Positions 22,131 through 31,535 of a stretch of 64,000 nt of DNA are shown piece by piece (position 1 is the first letter of the stretch; each line of letters begins with the position of its first letter). The DNA comes from Gemmatimonadales bacterium (GTDB taxonomy: Bacteria; Gemmatimonadota; Gemmatimonadetes; Gemmatimonadales; GWC2-71-9): positions 49,782 through 113,781 of the forward strand of contig JBFGJG010000008.1 in the NCBI GenBank assembly GCA_041577295.1. The letters run 5' to 3'. The notes under the pieces are model-generated. The model saw only the letters and a program-made list of their open reading frames with translations, searched no databases and was not told the DNA's origin. Position numbers and translations under genes: made by a program.

Positions 22131-24806
22131 CTATTTCTCCATATTCGCTTCGACCTCGCTCAAGAACCCACGCACCAGCTTCCACGAGATGTCCCCACCG
22201 GACACCGGCTCGATGAACAGAAACCGCTGATCATCGGGCGCGACCTCGTAGAGCGTGGCGTTGCGATCGTTGAGAAAACGCTTGGCCGAAAAGAGAACAC
22301 GACGGGCACCGACGGAAAACTCCGGGCCCGTGGTGACGTCCGCGGCGACGAGATCGCCGGCGGCGTTGCGGTAGAACAGCTCGCGACCGCTATGCGCCCA
22401 CCGTGGCTCGAACCCGTTATCAAAGGAAACCTGTGTTCGGCGTCCCGGTCCGGGAAACGGCTGGACCACGATCTCTTCGCGTCCCGATGCATCCGACACA
22501 TACGCCAGCCAGCGTCCGTTTGGAGAGAGTGTGGGCGCGAACTCATCGGCTTCCGTCACAGCCAACTCGTAGCCCACGCTGTCGGGATGAGGACGTGTAT
22601 AGAAAATGTCGCGCTGGCTCGGACCGACGGGGCCCTGGCGGTACACGAACCACTGGCCGTCCGGCGAAAATTCTCCATCCTGAACCGGGATCGACGTGAC
22701 GCGCCTCAGTTCCTGCGCTGGTTCCTGTCCGTCTGCCGCAATGCTCCACGCAGTGACGAGACCGCTCGTGCCTGGGCTGATGAACGTGATGGTTCTTCCA
22801 CTGGGATCCCAGGCCGGGCGATCGCGGCGAGCAAATGTATTGGACACCGCGCTGCCCAGCCGGCTCCAGGGCCCTCGTGGAAGCATGTAGATCCACAGGG
22901 CCGGAACGCCGTCGCGCATCAACTCGGCAACGATCCGACTCCCGTCCGCAGAGAGCGTGAAGGCGGTGTACTCCTGCGGCCGACTCTCGTCGATTCCAGT
23001 CGCCACGCCCGCGCGATCCACCCAGGCCAACCGGCTCAACCTCGGCTCCATCTCTGCGTACAACAGCATTCCGGTGGGTGAAAGGGCAAAGGCTGAATAG
23101 TCATCGTTGCGAAAGACGTTGCTCAGGAGGTTGACCGGGGGACCTGTGAACTCGAGCCTCTTCTCGTTGAACGGCACAGCCGTCAACACGCCGTCGAACG
23201 TCACATAAAGAAGGTGCCCGGTCGGGGCGACCTGGCCGAACGCGGCTTGCAGCAGTTCTTTGCTATGTCCCGTCTCGAACGAGTAGGCCGTGAGTTCAGC
23301 TGCCTCGAGACCACCAGCATAGACGTTCACGTAGAGGAATCCGCGTCCCGCCGACAGCACCTGCGAGCAGATGTGCACGAACTCGCCACGGGTAGAATCG
23401 ACGGTCGTGAGCACTTGGGGTTGCCCACCCCGCTCCGGAACGCGTGAGATCCCAACCGGAACTGTGCCTGTGGCAGGTCGGGGAAAGTAGATGTATCCAT
23501 CGACACCCCAGCACAGCCCCCATGTCCCCGCCTCCGCGAGCGTCTGCGGGGCGCCGCCCTCAACACTCACCCACCTCACCACCCCCGGGGGCGCAAGAAA
23601 CGCGACGCGCGATCCATCGGGAGAGAACCGGGGAAAGCGCGCACCGTCGGTTCCGGGCAGCGTAGTTCCGACGGACCGGTCTAACTGACGCACCTCGAGC
23701 GCACGCTCTCCGGCGGGGGTGACCGTGACGTAGACGAGTTGTGTGCCGTCGCGTGAGATGTCGAGCACTTGATTGATCGGAATCGTGTCGATCTCGGGTG
23801 GTGAGGCGATCGTCCACCGCTCGACCCGCTCCGGCGGCCCGCGATTCCCGACCAGGAAAAAACCGGTCGCCAACAGCGCTCCCACCACAGCCCCGGCGAC
23901 GGCGGTGGGCAACGCGGAACGCAAGGGGCTCTTGTGAGCAGAACCAGCTCGGTGAGCCACCGCCGCTATCTGACGCCGCCCTTCCAGAACCTCGGCGAAC
24001 TCGGCGGCTGTCGCGAAGCGATCCGCCGGCAACTTCTCGAGTGCCGTCAGGACCGCCGCCTCGACTGGAGCCGGAACGGTGTTGCGCCGCGGACGAAGCG
24101 GCCGCGGCGCAGCGGTGACGACCTGCGCCACGATGGCCTGGGCTGTGGGGCCGGTGAATGGCGGCTCGCCGAGCAACATCTCATAGAGCACACATCCCAA
24201 GGCATAGACGTCGGAGCGCGCCGTGATCGCGCGTTCGCCCATCGCTTGCTCCGGAGACATGTAGTGCGGCGTGCCGAGCGACATCCCCGTCTCGGTCAAC
24301 CGTGTCCCACCCGCGCTGCTCACCGCCAAGGCAATGCCGAAATCCGCAACCTGTGCCGAGCCGTCGTGCAGCAGAATGTTCTCCGGCTTGATGTCGCGAT
24401 GAATGACGTTCTGGCGGTGCGCGTAGTCGAGCGCGCTCGCCACTTCGGTGGCGATCCGCACGGCCTCTGTGATGGCAAGCTGCTTCTCGCGGTTGAGCAG
24501 GTCTCGCAGTGACTCACCCTCCACATATGGCATGACATAAAAAAGGAATGAGTCGACGTGCCCCGAATCAAACAGCGGCAAAATGTGCGGGTGTTGCAGG
24601 TTCGCGGTGGTCTTGATCTCCGTGAGGAACCGTTCGGCGCCGATCACGGCTGCGAGCTCGGGACGCAAGACCTTGATTGCCACCTTGCGGTCGTGCTTGA
24701 GATCCTGCGCCAGGTAAACCGTTGCCATCCCACCAGCACCGAGCTCGCGCTCGATGGCGTAGCGGTCCGCGAGGGCCGCGGTGAGATGGGCAACCGAGTT
24801 AGCCAT
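22131..24806 (-). CDS. Ser/Thr kinase 4: kinase, 1 TM, PD40 beta-propeller
   Basis: Kinase motifs intact; FSPDG/LSPNG repeats. Start at 24806 by alignment with paralogs. Confidence 0.92.
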   Translation of the reverse strand: MANSVAHLTAALADRYAIERELGAGGMATVYLAQDLKHDRKVAIKVLRPELAAVIGAERFLTEIKTTANLQHPHILPLFDSGHVDSFLFYVMPYVEGESLRDLLNREKQLAITEAVRIATEVASALDYAHRQNVIHRDIKPENILLHDGSAQVADFGIALAVSSAGGTRLTETGMSLGTPHYMSPEQAMGERAITARSDVYALGCVLYEMLLGEPPFTGPTAQAIVAQVVTAAPRPLRPRRNTVPAPVEAAVLTALEKLPADRFATAAEFAEVLEGRRQIAAVAHRAGSAHKSPLRSALPTAVAGAVVGALLATGFFLVGNRGPPERVERWTIASPPEIDTIPINQVLDISRDGTQLVYVTVTPAGERALEVRQLDRSVGTTLPGTDGARFPRFSPDGSRVAFLAPPGVVRWVSVEGGAPQTLAEAGTWGLCWGVDGYIYFPRPATGTVPVGISRVPERGGQPQVLTTVDSTRGEFVHICSQVLSAGRGFLYVNVYAGGLEAAELTAYSFETGHSKELLQAAFGQVAPTGHLLYVTFDGVLTAVPFNEKRLEFTGPPVNLLSNVFRNDDYSAFALSPTGMLLYAEMEPRLSRLAWVDRAGVATGIDESRPQEYTAFTLSADGSRIVAELMRDGVPALWIYMLPRGPWSRLGSAVSNTFARRDRPAWDPSGRTITFISPGTSGLVTAWSIAADGQEPAQELRRVTSIPVQDGEFSPDGQWFVYRQGPVGPSQRDIFYTRPHPDSVGYELAVTEADEFAPTLSPNGRWLAYVSDASGREEIVVQPFPGPGRRTQVSFDNGFEPRWAHSGRELFYRNAAGDLVAADVTTGPEFSVGARRVLFSAKRFLNDRNATLYEVAPDDQRFLFIEPVSGGDISWKLVRGFLSEVEANMEK

Positions 24807-24920
24807 GCGTTCGTTCCCCATTTCGCCGTTCACCGGCTTGGTCGCGTCATTCAAGGACTCGATCGCGCCCGATTGCGGAGCAGCTGACCACGACCGAAAG
24901 GAGCCGAGTCCGCAACGCAG

Positions 24921-27566
24921 TCACCGATTCGCCTGATGCACCGTCCGTTTCATCTGCGCGACCCAGTTCGGGATGACGCGCAGGTACGTAACGGGCTTCC
25001 GTTCGGGTGCTTGCATATACACGAGACCACCGCCCGGTGTGAGCATATACGACTGGCCGGGGGTGTCGACGAAGCGCTGATCGGTGTGCCACAGCGCGGG
25101 CTGCCCGGCCGGGTTTCCGGCCGCCGCGTTCACACGCACCCGATACCAGTCGGTACAGCACTCCCAGTACACCAACTCGTTCGCAGACAGCCACTGAGGC
25201 TCTCCAAATACTCCTTCAGACGAGGCGACGAGGAATCGCTGGTCCGTTCGCGCGTAAGGTGACAGGAAGATCTGTTGGAGACCGCCGGGCTGGTGGGCGA
25301 GCCAGCGGCCGTCGGGAGATACCGCTCCGAACACGCTGTTGACAGCAATCGTGTCGAGCGTCGGCGGATTGGCCGTCAGATTAGCCACGATCGTATGCAC
25401 CGGCTGACCCCACAAGTACCCGACCACCTGACTGTCGGCGCGATAGGTGAGGAAGTCCGGTCCGAACTGCTGGCCCGCCGTGGGACGGAAGAGAGTATCG
25501 AGACGCGTCCCTTCCGGCGACCCCATCACCGTAACCCACTCCACGTAGCCGTATTGGCCTACCGTCACCAGCAATCGGTCGCCGTCGGGTGTCCACAGTG
25601 GTTCGCTTACCCACGGGTTCCGCAACCATACACGGCTCCGACCGGAGACGAGATCGTAAACCCGTAGTTCCTGTTCGCGCACTCCCTCCACAACCGCGGC
25701 AAGCCGGCGTCCGTCGCGTGAGTTGTCGAACCGAAGGAAATAGGCAGGCTCGATCGGAAGCGGAGTGACCTCACCGGCGACGGCTCGAACCAGGCGCCCG
25801 ACGGACGCATTGGGGCCCTCCGCATACACGAGCGTCCCGCTGGCCGCGACGTCGTACTGGCCGGCCCCGGTGTAGGCCTCCCGGCGAATGCCCGTAACCA
25901 GTGTGACCGAGCGACCGATCGCGTAGGTCTCTGGGTCGAAAGTGGCGCCGCGCAAGTCTCCACCCACTGACATGTAGATGAGGTATCGGTCGTCGATCAG
26001 TCGAAACTGCGCACCCCGCAGCACGTCGGCCCTACCGGGATCCCCGGACTGGGCCAGGACGGCATAGTGTTGAGAGCTACGCCGGAGGTCCACTACCGAG
26101 GGGAACTGATCGCCCCCGCCGCCACATAGGACTCGATCGGGGTCCGGCAGGGGTTGTGGAAGAATGCAGTAAGCGACTTCGTAGGTGCGCGCGTTTTCCC
26201 CATCCGTACCGACGGAGTGAAGCCGGGTCCCGTCGCCGTCACTCAGGAGCAGCCTAGTTCCCGACGTCCACTGAATGCCGGTGGGATTGTTGACTTGCTG
26301 GAGCGTGACCACTGCTCCGCCGGCAATCGGGGCCACCTTGGCAAAGCCGTCACCGGTAACGAACGCGACGCGATCCCCGCTCGGCGAGATGGCCGGCATC
26401 CACGCGTGGGCGGTTCCTGGGAGGGAACGGGCTTCCTGCGTCACCAGGCTCCGGTACCACAACTCCTTCACCGTATCACGACGCGCCACATACACGACGT
26501 AGTCGCCAGCCGGCGAGATGGCGAGATTCGTGAGGAGGTCTGGGATCATTTGCGCACTATCCGATAGGCCAACGTCATACGTGTGCGACGCCGTGCCCGT
26601 AGGTCGGGCGAGCGCCCAGATCGCCAGGCCAAGAATGGCTACGCAGATCGCGGCGAGCCCGCTAGACAGTGGATTCCACATCGTGGTGCGTGTAACTCTG
26701 CTTGCCGCTCCGGTCGATACACCAGCGGCGAATGACGGGTCTCCGAGAGCAGCGGCGAACGCTTGTGCGCTCACAAACCGATCCGCCGGCAACTTCTCCA
26801 GCGCCACCGCCACCGCCGCCGCCACGTTTCGCGGGACGGACTTGCGGGACTTCGTGACCGGTTGCGCCTCTTCCGTCACGATCTTCATGATGATCTGCTG
26901 CGCCGTCCCACCGATGTGCGGCGGGTTTCCCGTCAACATCTCGTACAGCACGGCCCCGAGCGAATAGACATCCGACCGCCCTGTGATGCCCTTCTCCGCC
27001 GTTGCCTGCTCGGGACTCATATAGTGTGGGGTCCCCAGCGAGAGTCCCGTCTCCGTCATCCGCCCACCTGCTGCCGCGCTCACGGCGAGCGCAATCCCGA
27101 AGTCCGCCACCATCGGCCGCCCGTCATGCAACAGAATGTTCTCCGGCTTGATGTCGCGATGGATCACGTTCTGGCGGTGGGCGTAGTCGAGGGCGTCGGC
27201 CACCTCGGTGGTGATTCTGATGGCCTCATCGATACCGAGTTGCGTCTCCCGATCGAGCTTGTCGCGCAGGGTCTCGCCCTCGATATAAGGCATCACGTAA
27301 TACAGGAACCCGTGAACCTCTCCTGAATCGAACAGCGGCAGGATGTGGGGATGCTGGAGGTTTGCGGTGGTCTTGATTTCCTGGACAAACCGCTCGGCGC
27401 CCAGGACGGCTGCAAGCTCGGGCTTGAGGACTTTGAGAGCGACCTTGCGCTCGTGCTTGAGGTCCTGCGCCAGGTAGACGGTGGCCATCCCACCCGCGCC
27501 AAGCTCGCGCTCGATGGCGTAGCGGTCCGCGAGGGCCGCGGTGAGACGATCGAGTTGGCCCGTCAT
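24921..27566 (-). CDS. Ser/Thr kinase 5: kinase, 1 TM, PD40 beta-propeller
   Basis: Kinase motifs intact; ISPAG/ISPSG/VSPDG repeats. Confidence 0.92.
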   Translation of the reverse strand: MTGQLDRLTAALADRYAIERELGAGGMATVYLAQDLKHERKVALKVLKPELAAVLGAERFVQEIKTTANLQHPHILPLFDSGEVHGFLYYVMPYIEGETLRDKLDRETQLGIDEAIRITTEVADALDYAHRQNVIHRDIKPENILLHDGRPMVADFGIALAVSAAAGGRMTETGLSLGTPHYMSPEQATAEKGITGRSDVYSLGAVLYEMLTGNPPHIGGTAQQIIMKIVTEEAQPVTKSRKSVPRNVAAAVAVALEKLPADRFVSAQAFAAALGDPSFAAGVSTGAASRVTRTTMWNPLSSGLAAICVAILGLAIWALARPTGTASHTYDVGLSDSAQMIPDLLTNLAISPAGDYVVYVARRDTVKELWYRSLVTQEARSLPGTAHAWMPAISPSGDRVAFVTGDGFAKVAPIAGGAVVTLQQVNNPTGIQWTSGTRLLLSDGDGTRLHSVGTDGENARTYEVAYCILPQPLPDPDRVLCGGGGDQFPSVVDLRRSSQHYAVLAQSGDPGRADVLRGAQFRLIDDRYLIYMSVGGDLRGATFDPETYAIGRSVTLVTGIRREAYTGAGQYDVAASGTLVYAEGPNASVGRLVRAVAGEVTPLPIEPAYFLRFDNSRDGRRLAAVVEGVREQELRVYDLVSGRSRVWLRNPWVSEPLWTPDGDRLLVTVGQYGYVEWVTVMGSPEGTRLDTLFRPTAGQQFGPDFLTYRADSQVVGYLWGQPVHTIVANLTANPPTLDTIAVNSVFGAVSPDGRWLAHQPGGLQQIFLSPYARTDQRFLVASSEGVFGEPQWLSANELVYWECCTDWYRVRVNAAAGNPAGQPALWHTDQRFVDTPGQSYMLTPGGGLVYMQAPERKPVTYLRVIPNWVAQMKRTVHQANR

Positions 27567-27628
27567 GCGGACCTAAAATAGGATTCGGGCCTAGGGGCGG
27601 CGAGTCGACCGGGCGATTGGCACGCTCG

Positions 27629-27907
27629 CCGCTTCGATCGACCGTTTGGAAGCTTCAATCGACCAGTTCGAAGCTTCGATTGGCATGCTGAAAGCTTCCA
27701 ACGGGCGTGTCAAAGCTTCGAGTGGCCGTCCGAAAGCTTGCATGCCACGGGGCGAAGCTTTGATCCGCCCACCCAAGGCTTCGGAGCGCCTGACTCTAGC
27801 TTCGACACGCCGAACGGAAGCTTGAGGACGGTGACTCGAGGCTTAGGAACGTCTGCGCGAAGCTTGCACACGACCGTTCCACGCTTTGAGGGGGCCACGT
27901 GAAGCTT
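27629..27907. repeat. 14-unit array with exact 21-nt period, (AA)GCTT core and variable spacers
   Basis: GCTT starts at 27631, 27652, 27673, 27694, 27715, 27736, 27757, 27778, 27799, 27820, 27841, 27862, 27883 and 27904. Confidence 0.92.
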
Positions 27908-28055
27908 CGACAGGACCATTTCAAATGAGCTGCGTTGCGACCGTAATTGCCAGTTCCCGAGTCGGTTACGACTGCGGACCTCACCTACATGGTCACATGG
28001 GATCGCCTCGCCGAGCAGCAAACAGGCCGAGTAGAATGCTATTGACAGGTGAACA

Positions 28056-28080
28056 AGGCGGCCTTCAAGGAAGACCGCCT
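28056..28080 (-). terminator. Probable intrinsic terminator of the ester cyclase gene
   Basis: Minus strand AGGCGGTCTTC-CTT-GAAGGCCGCCT, an 11-bp stem with one G-U; weak U tail. Confidence 0.5.
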
Positions 28081-28125
28081 AATAACCAACGGGCACCGGG
28101 ACGACGTCAGCTAACCTGTGTTGAC

Positions 28126-28554
28126 CTACTTCCACGCGTGTGCGTGCATTGGGACAGCGTCGAGCTGCTCCATGAGGCTCAGCGTATCCCAGAGGTTCCG
28201 CTCTTCGAAGATCTTGCCGTCCTTGATCTGACCAACGGCCATTCCCCTGACTGTCACACGTTTCCCGGTGGGAGGGACGTCCATCAGTTTTCCTTTGTGT
28301 GTACCGGTGAACGTGTAGGCCGTCAGCACCTTGTCGTCTTCCGCAATCTGGTAGTCGAGCTTGATGTTGAGGTCCGGAAAGGCGGTCAGATACGTGTCAA
28401 AAAACTCTCTCAGCTTGGTCGTGCCCTTCAACTCACCTTCAGGCGTATGAACGACACAGTTCGGCATGTAAAGCTCATTGAAGAGCTTTACGTTCTTCTT
28501 GTTCCAAATCTCGTCGATAATCCGACGGCTCAGTTGCTTGTTCTTCTCGTACAT
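28126..28554 (-). CDS. SnoaL-like ester cyclase
   Basis: AFPDL, IAEDDKV, FTGTHKG, PPTGKRVTVRG, DGKIFEER. Confidence 0.92.
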   Translation of the reverse strand: MYEKNKQLSRRIIDEIWNKKNVKLFNELYMPNCVVHTPEGELKGTTKLREFFDTYLTAFPDLNIKLDYQIAEDDKVLTAYTFTGTHKGKLMDVPPTGKRVTVRGMAVGQIKDGKIFEERNLWDTLSLMEQLDAVPMHAHAWK

Positions 28555-28943
28555 CAGGCCCTCACTTTCTCTCGCTGCCGATCGCTACCGGTGCCCGTCG
28601 TTCAGTGACGTGAGAATGCCCTAACACAAGCCGCGTGGGCACTCTTTCGAGGGGATTTCCGTGACAGCGCGTGATGTGGGGCAAGACACGGCTACCGGGT
28701 CGAGGCTCGTTCAGCCCGACACGCCCGCGCGATCGCGGCAACCACGTCGAATCGTCTTAACTAACAAGCCGAGGGCTGAAACGATGGTGAAAGCGTCGTG
28801 AAACTTGGGACGCCTGGTAGGGCGTCGAGCCGAACTGATTGCCGATCGCTGAGCACCTAATGCAGATTGTTAATTGCTTTATGGAGCGCTCAGCACGATA
28901 TAGGGCGGGAAGCTCGCGCCCTATCGTCTCCAGGGGAGATAGG

Positions 28944-30422
28944 ATGATCGAAAAAGCTCGTCGAGCGGTCTTGCTCTCCCTCACTATCACCGCGTGCCAA
29001 TCCAGCCCCAGCGAGCGCCAAGCACCCGCGTCCGATACCGGACTACGCCCTAACGTCATCGTCATCGTGGTGGACGATCTCCGCTGGGACGAGTTCGGTG
29101 CCGCGGGCCATCCCTACCTCGAGACCCCCAACATCGACCGGCTCGCTCGGGAAGGAGCGCTGTTTACCAACTCCTTCCACGCGGTCCCGCTCTGTTCGCC
29201 CAACCGTGCGAGCATCTTGACAGGCCAATACCCGTCGCGGCACGGCATCATCGACAACGTCGCACGCAACCGTGCAAGCCACCGGCTGCAGACGTTCCCC
29301 CGAGCGTTGCGCGAGCACGGCTATGAAACAGCGTTCATCGGCAAATGGCACATGGGGAACGATCCCACACCCCGACCGGGATTCGACTACTGGGTGGGAT
29401 TGCCCGGCCAGGGCCGGACGGTCAACCCGACGCTCTACGAGGACGGCCGGCTGCATGAGGTGACCGGATACGTCACCGATATCTTCACCGACCGCGCTGT
29501 TGCCTTCATCGAGCGGCCGCGGGATGGACCGTTCCTTTTATATCTCGCGCACAAGGCCATCCACCCGGATGCCCGGCAACTGGACGACGGGTCCGTGGAT
29601 CTCAACTATCCCCGCGGGTATATCCCTGCCCCGCGACACCTTGGTATGTACGAGGAGCGGATATTCCCTCGGCGAGCCAACGTGGTCTCATCACCAGATG
29701 AGCTGACGGAGAAGCCTGCCCTCCGCCGCGCGCTCGCGTACCGTGCTTCGGAGGACATCACCCGCGAGTTCGGTGGCATCCTCGATCCCGGCACGAGCGA
29801 AGAGACCATCCGCCGGCGCGCGGAGATGTTGCTCGCCGTCGACGAAGGACTGGGCCGGATCATGGACGCACTCGCTGAGCGCCGCGTGCTGGATTCCACC
29901 GCCATCTTACTGACGAGTGACAACGGATTTTTCTATGGCGAACACGGGCTGAGCCTGGAAAGGCGCCTGCCCTACGAGGAGTCCATCCGCAATCCGTTGA
30001 TCATGCGCTACCCACCCCGTGTGGCGTCCGGAACCCATATCGAAGAGCTCGTGCTCTCGGTTGACATAGCGCCGAGCGTGCTCGAGCTGACCGGAACGCC
30101 GGTTGGCAGTCACATCCAAGGACGGTCGGTGGTCCCGCTGCTCGATGGCGTGCCCAACGATTGGCGGGAATCACTGCTGGTCGAGTTCTACACGTACGAG
30201 AATCCCATGCCCTGGTTGATGGACATGGATTATCGGGCGGTGCGCACGCAGCGTCACAAGTACATCCACTGGATGCAACATCCCGAGCTCGATGAGCTAT
30301 ACGACCTCGGGGAGGATCCGTTCGAGCGCCGCAATCTGATCGACGTACCTAGCATGGCCCGCGTGCGGCAGGAACTCCGTGCAGAGCTCGGCCGACTCGT
30401 GCTCGAGGTGATGGGACTCTAG
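28944..30422 (+). CDS. Formylglycine-dependent sulfatase, probable lipoprotein
   Basis: PNVIVIVVDDLR, C-S-P-N-R-A-S-I-L-T-G signature, GKWHMG, TSDNG; ITAC lipobox-like motif. Start at ATG 28944. Confidence 0.92.
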   Translation: MIEKARRAVLLSLTITACQSSPSERQAPASDTGLRPNVIVIVVDDLRWDEFGAAGHPYLETPNIDRLAREGALFTNSFHAVPLCSPNRASILTGQYPSRHGIIDNVARNRASHRLQTFPRALREHGYETAFIGKWHMGNDPTPRPGFDYWVGLPGQGRTVNPTLYEDGRLHEVTGYVTDIFTDRAVAFIERPRDGPFLLYLAHKAIHPDARQLDDGSVDLNYPRGYIPAPRHLGMYEERIFPRRANVVSSPDELTEKPALRRALAYRASEDITREFGGILDPGTSEETIRRRAEMLLAVDEGLGRIMDALAERRVLDSTAILLTSDNGFFYGEHGLSLERRLPYEESIRNPLIMRYPPRVASGTHIEELVLSVDIAPSVLELTGTPVGSHIQGRSVVPLLDGVPNDWRESLLVEFYTYENPMPWLMDMDYRAVRTQRHKYIHWMQHPELDELYDLGEDPFERRNLIDVPSMARVRQELRAELGRLVLEVMGL

Positions 30423-30490
30423 GATCGCTGATTGGTGATTGGGCTTGCCGGGCCTCGCTGCTCCCGTAGCTGTCCCTAACCCGCTACCCG

Positions 30491-30518
30491 TTGAATTTCC
30501 CCCAGCGCACCATATAAT
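30491..30518 (+). promoter_or_regulatory. Candidate sigma70 promoter
   Basis: TTGAAT-16 nt-TATAAT in a GC-rich background, upstream of the gene at 30691. Confidence 0.45.
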
Positions 30519-30690
30519 CCAGGCTGTCGCGGGCCCAATGGTGAATGCCAGGGGCTCACGTCGCTCGGCCGCGGTCGGTGCCAGCTCGCCCGCCAAACCG
30601 CGCGCCGTCCCCCCGTTCAAAACCAAAAGCCCCACGCGTACTCGGTCGCAACCGGCCGAGACGGTCCGTTACCATGACCTCGAGGAAAAC

Positions 30691-31350
30691 ATGACGAAGG
30701 CGAGCATTGTATTCATCTTGATCGCCGCCTCATCGACGGCCCTACACGCGCAGACCAGCACGGAGACGCTCCGCACCGTACCGGCCGCAGATCTCGCAAG
30801 CTCATATCGGGACCTCGTCCAGATCCTGGGTCACTTCGCGCTGGTCGAGAGTGGCGGCACACTTCAGCTACCGAACCAGACCATCACCCGCGACAATCTC
30901 GAGCAGGTCAAGGCCGAGATGGCGGAGCAGCTGGCGGCCATCACGGCCGCGATCAACGAACGCGGCTACGCGAACGTCGCGGGGACCTACACCGCAAAAA
31001 CCACCTCTGCCTGCAAGAAGATTCCGTCTGGGTGGGCCCAGGGCATTGCCGGAGGCGCAATCAGCCGGATCACGATCACCCAGACGGGCTTCGAGCTTCA
31101 GCTCACGCAGGAGTTCACAATTGACGGACAGGCCGGCACGTTTGAGATCCCGGGGGTGATCGTGGATTCGACCCTCGCGTTCGACGATATGATGAACTCC
31201 GATTTTGGCCTGATTGGACAGGTGAAGCCTGCGACCATCGTCGTGCGCCCCGACGTCGACCAGATCCTGGCCGCATGGCCATCATGGGTGAAGGCGCCGG
31301 ACCGAAAAGACCTCGCGCGGTGTGAGGTGAAGATGGAGGGACATAGCTGA
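30691..31350 (+). CDS. Exported hypothetical protein
   Basis: GAGGA RBS, signal peptide ending ALHA-Q, two Cys, typical codon use. Confidence 0.75.
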   Translation: MTKASIVFILIAASSTALHAQTSTETLRTVPAADLASSYRDLVQILGHFALVESGGTLQLPNQTITRDNLEQVKAEMAEQLAAITAAINERGYANVAGTYTAKTTSACKKIPSGWAQGIAGGAISRITITQTGFELQLTQEFTIDGQAGTFEIPGVIVDSTLAFDDMMNSDFGLIGQVKPATIVVRPDVDQILAAWPSWVKAPDRKDLARCEVKMEGHS

Positions 31351-31535
31351 TTGGGGATTGCTGATTGCGGATTGGATTTGTGAGTAGGGTCACCTGCCTT
31401 GCGCGGTCTTGATGCTGCGTAGGAAGATGGTGTCAGTCCCCTCTTGTGAACGAAATCGTGCCTAACCGTTAGTTCTCCGCGATCACCAAAATGACGGGGA
31501 GACGAAGGAAGCCCCATTTCAACAATCCGCAATCG

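Noticed and set aside
21909..23081. Long antisense ORFs (for example 21909-23081, 6931-7935, 14285-15070)
   Set aside because: These are shadow frames of well-supported genes in high-GC DNA and show no recognisable motifs.
27629..27907. CRISPR array call for the 21-nt array
   Set aside because: The conserved part is only 4-6 nt and the unit is 21 nt, far below CRISPR repeat-spacer sizes. There are no cas genes in the window.
27591..28021. ORFs 27591-27776, 27710-28021 and 27796-27984 as real genes
   Set aside because: Their heptad patterns (EAS, SKL, SF) are by-products of the DNA period. None spans the array or has a clear RBS.
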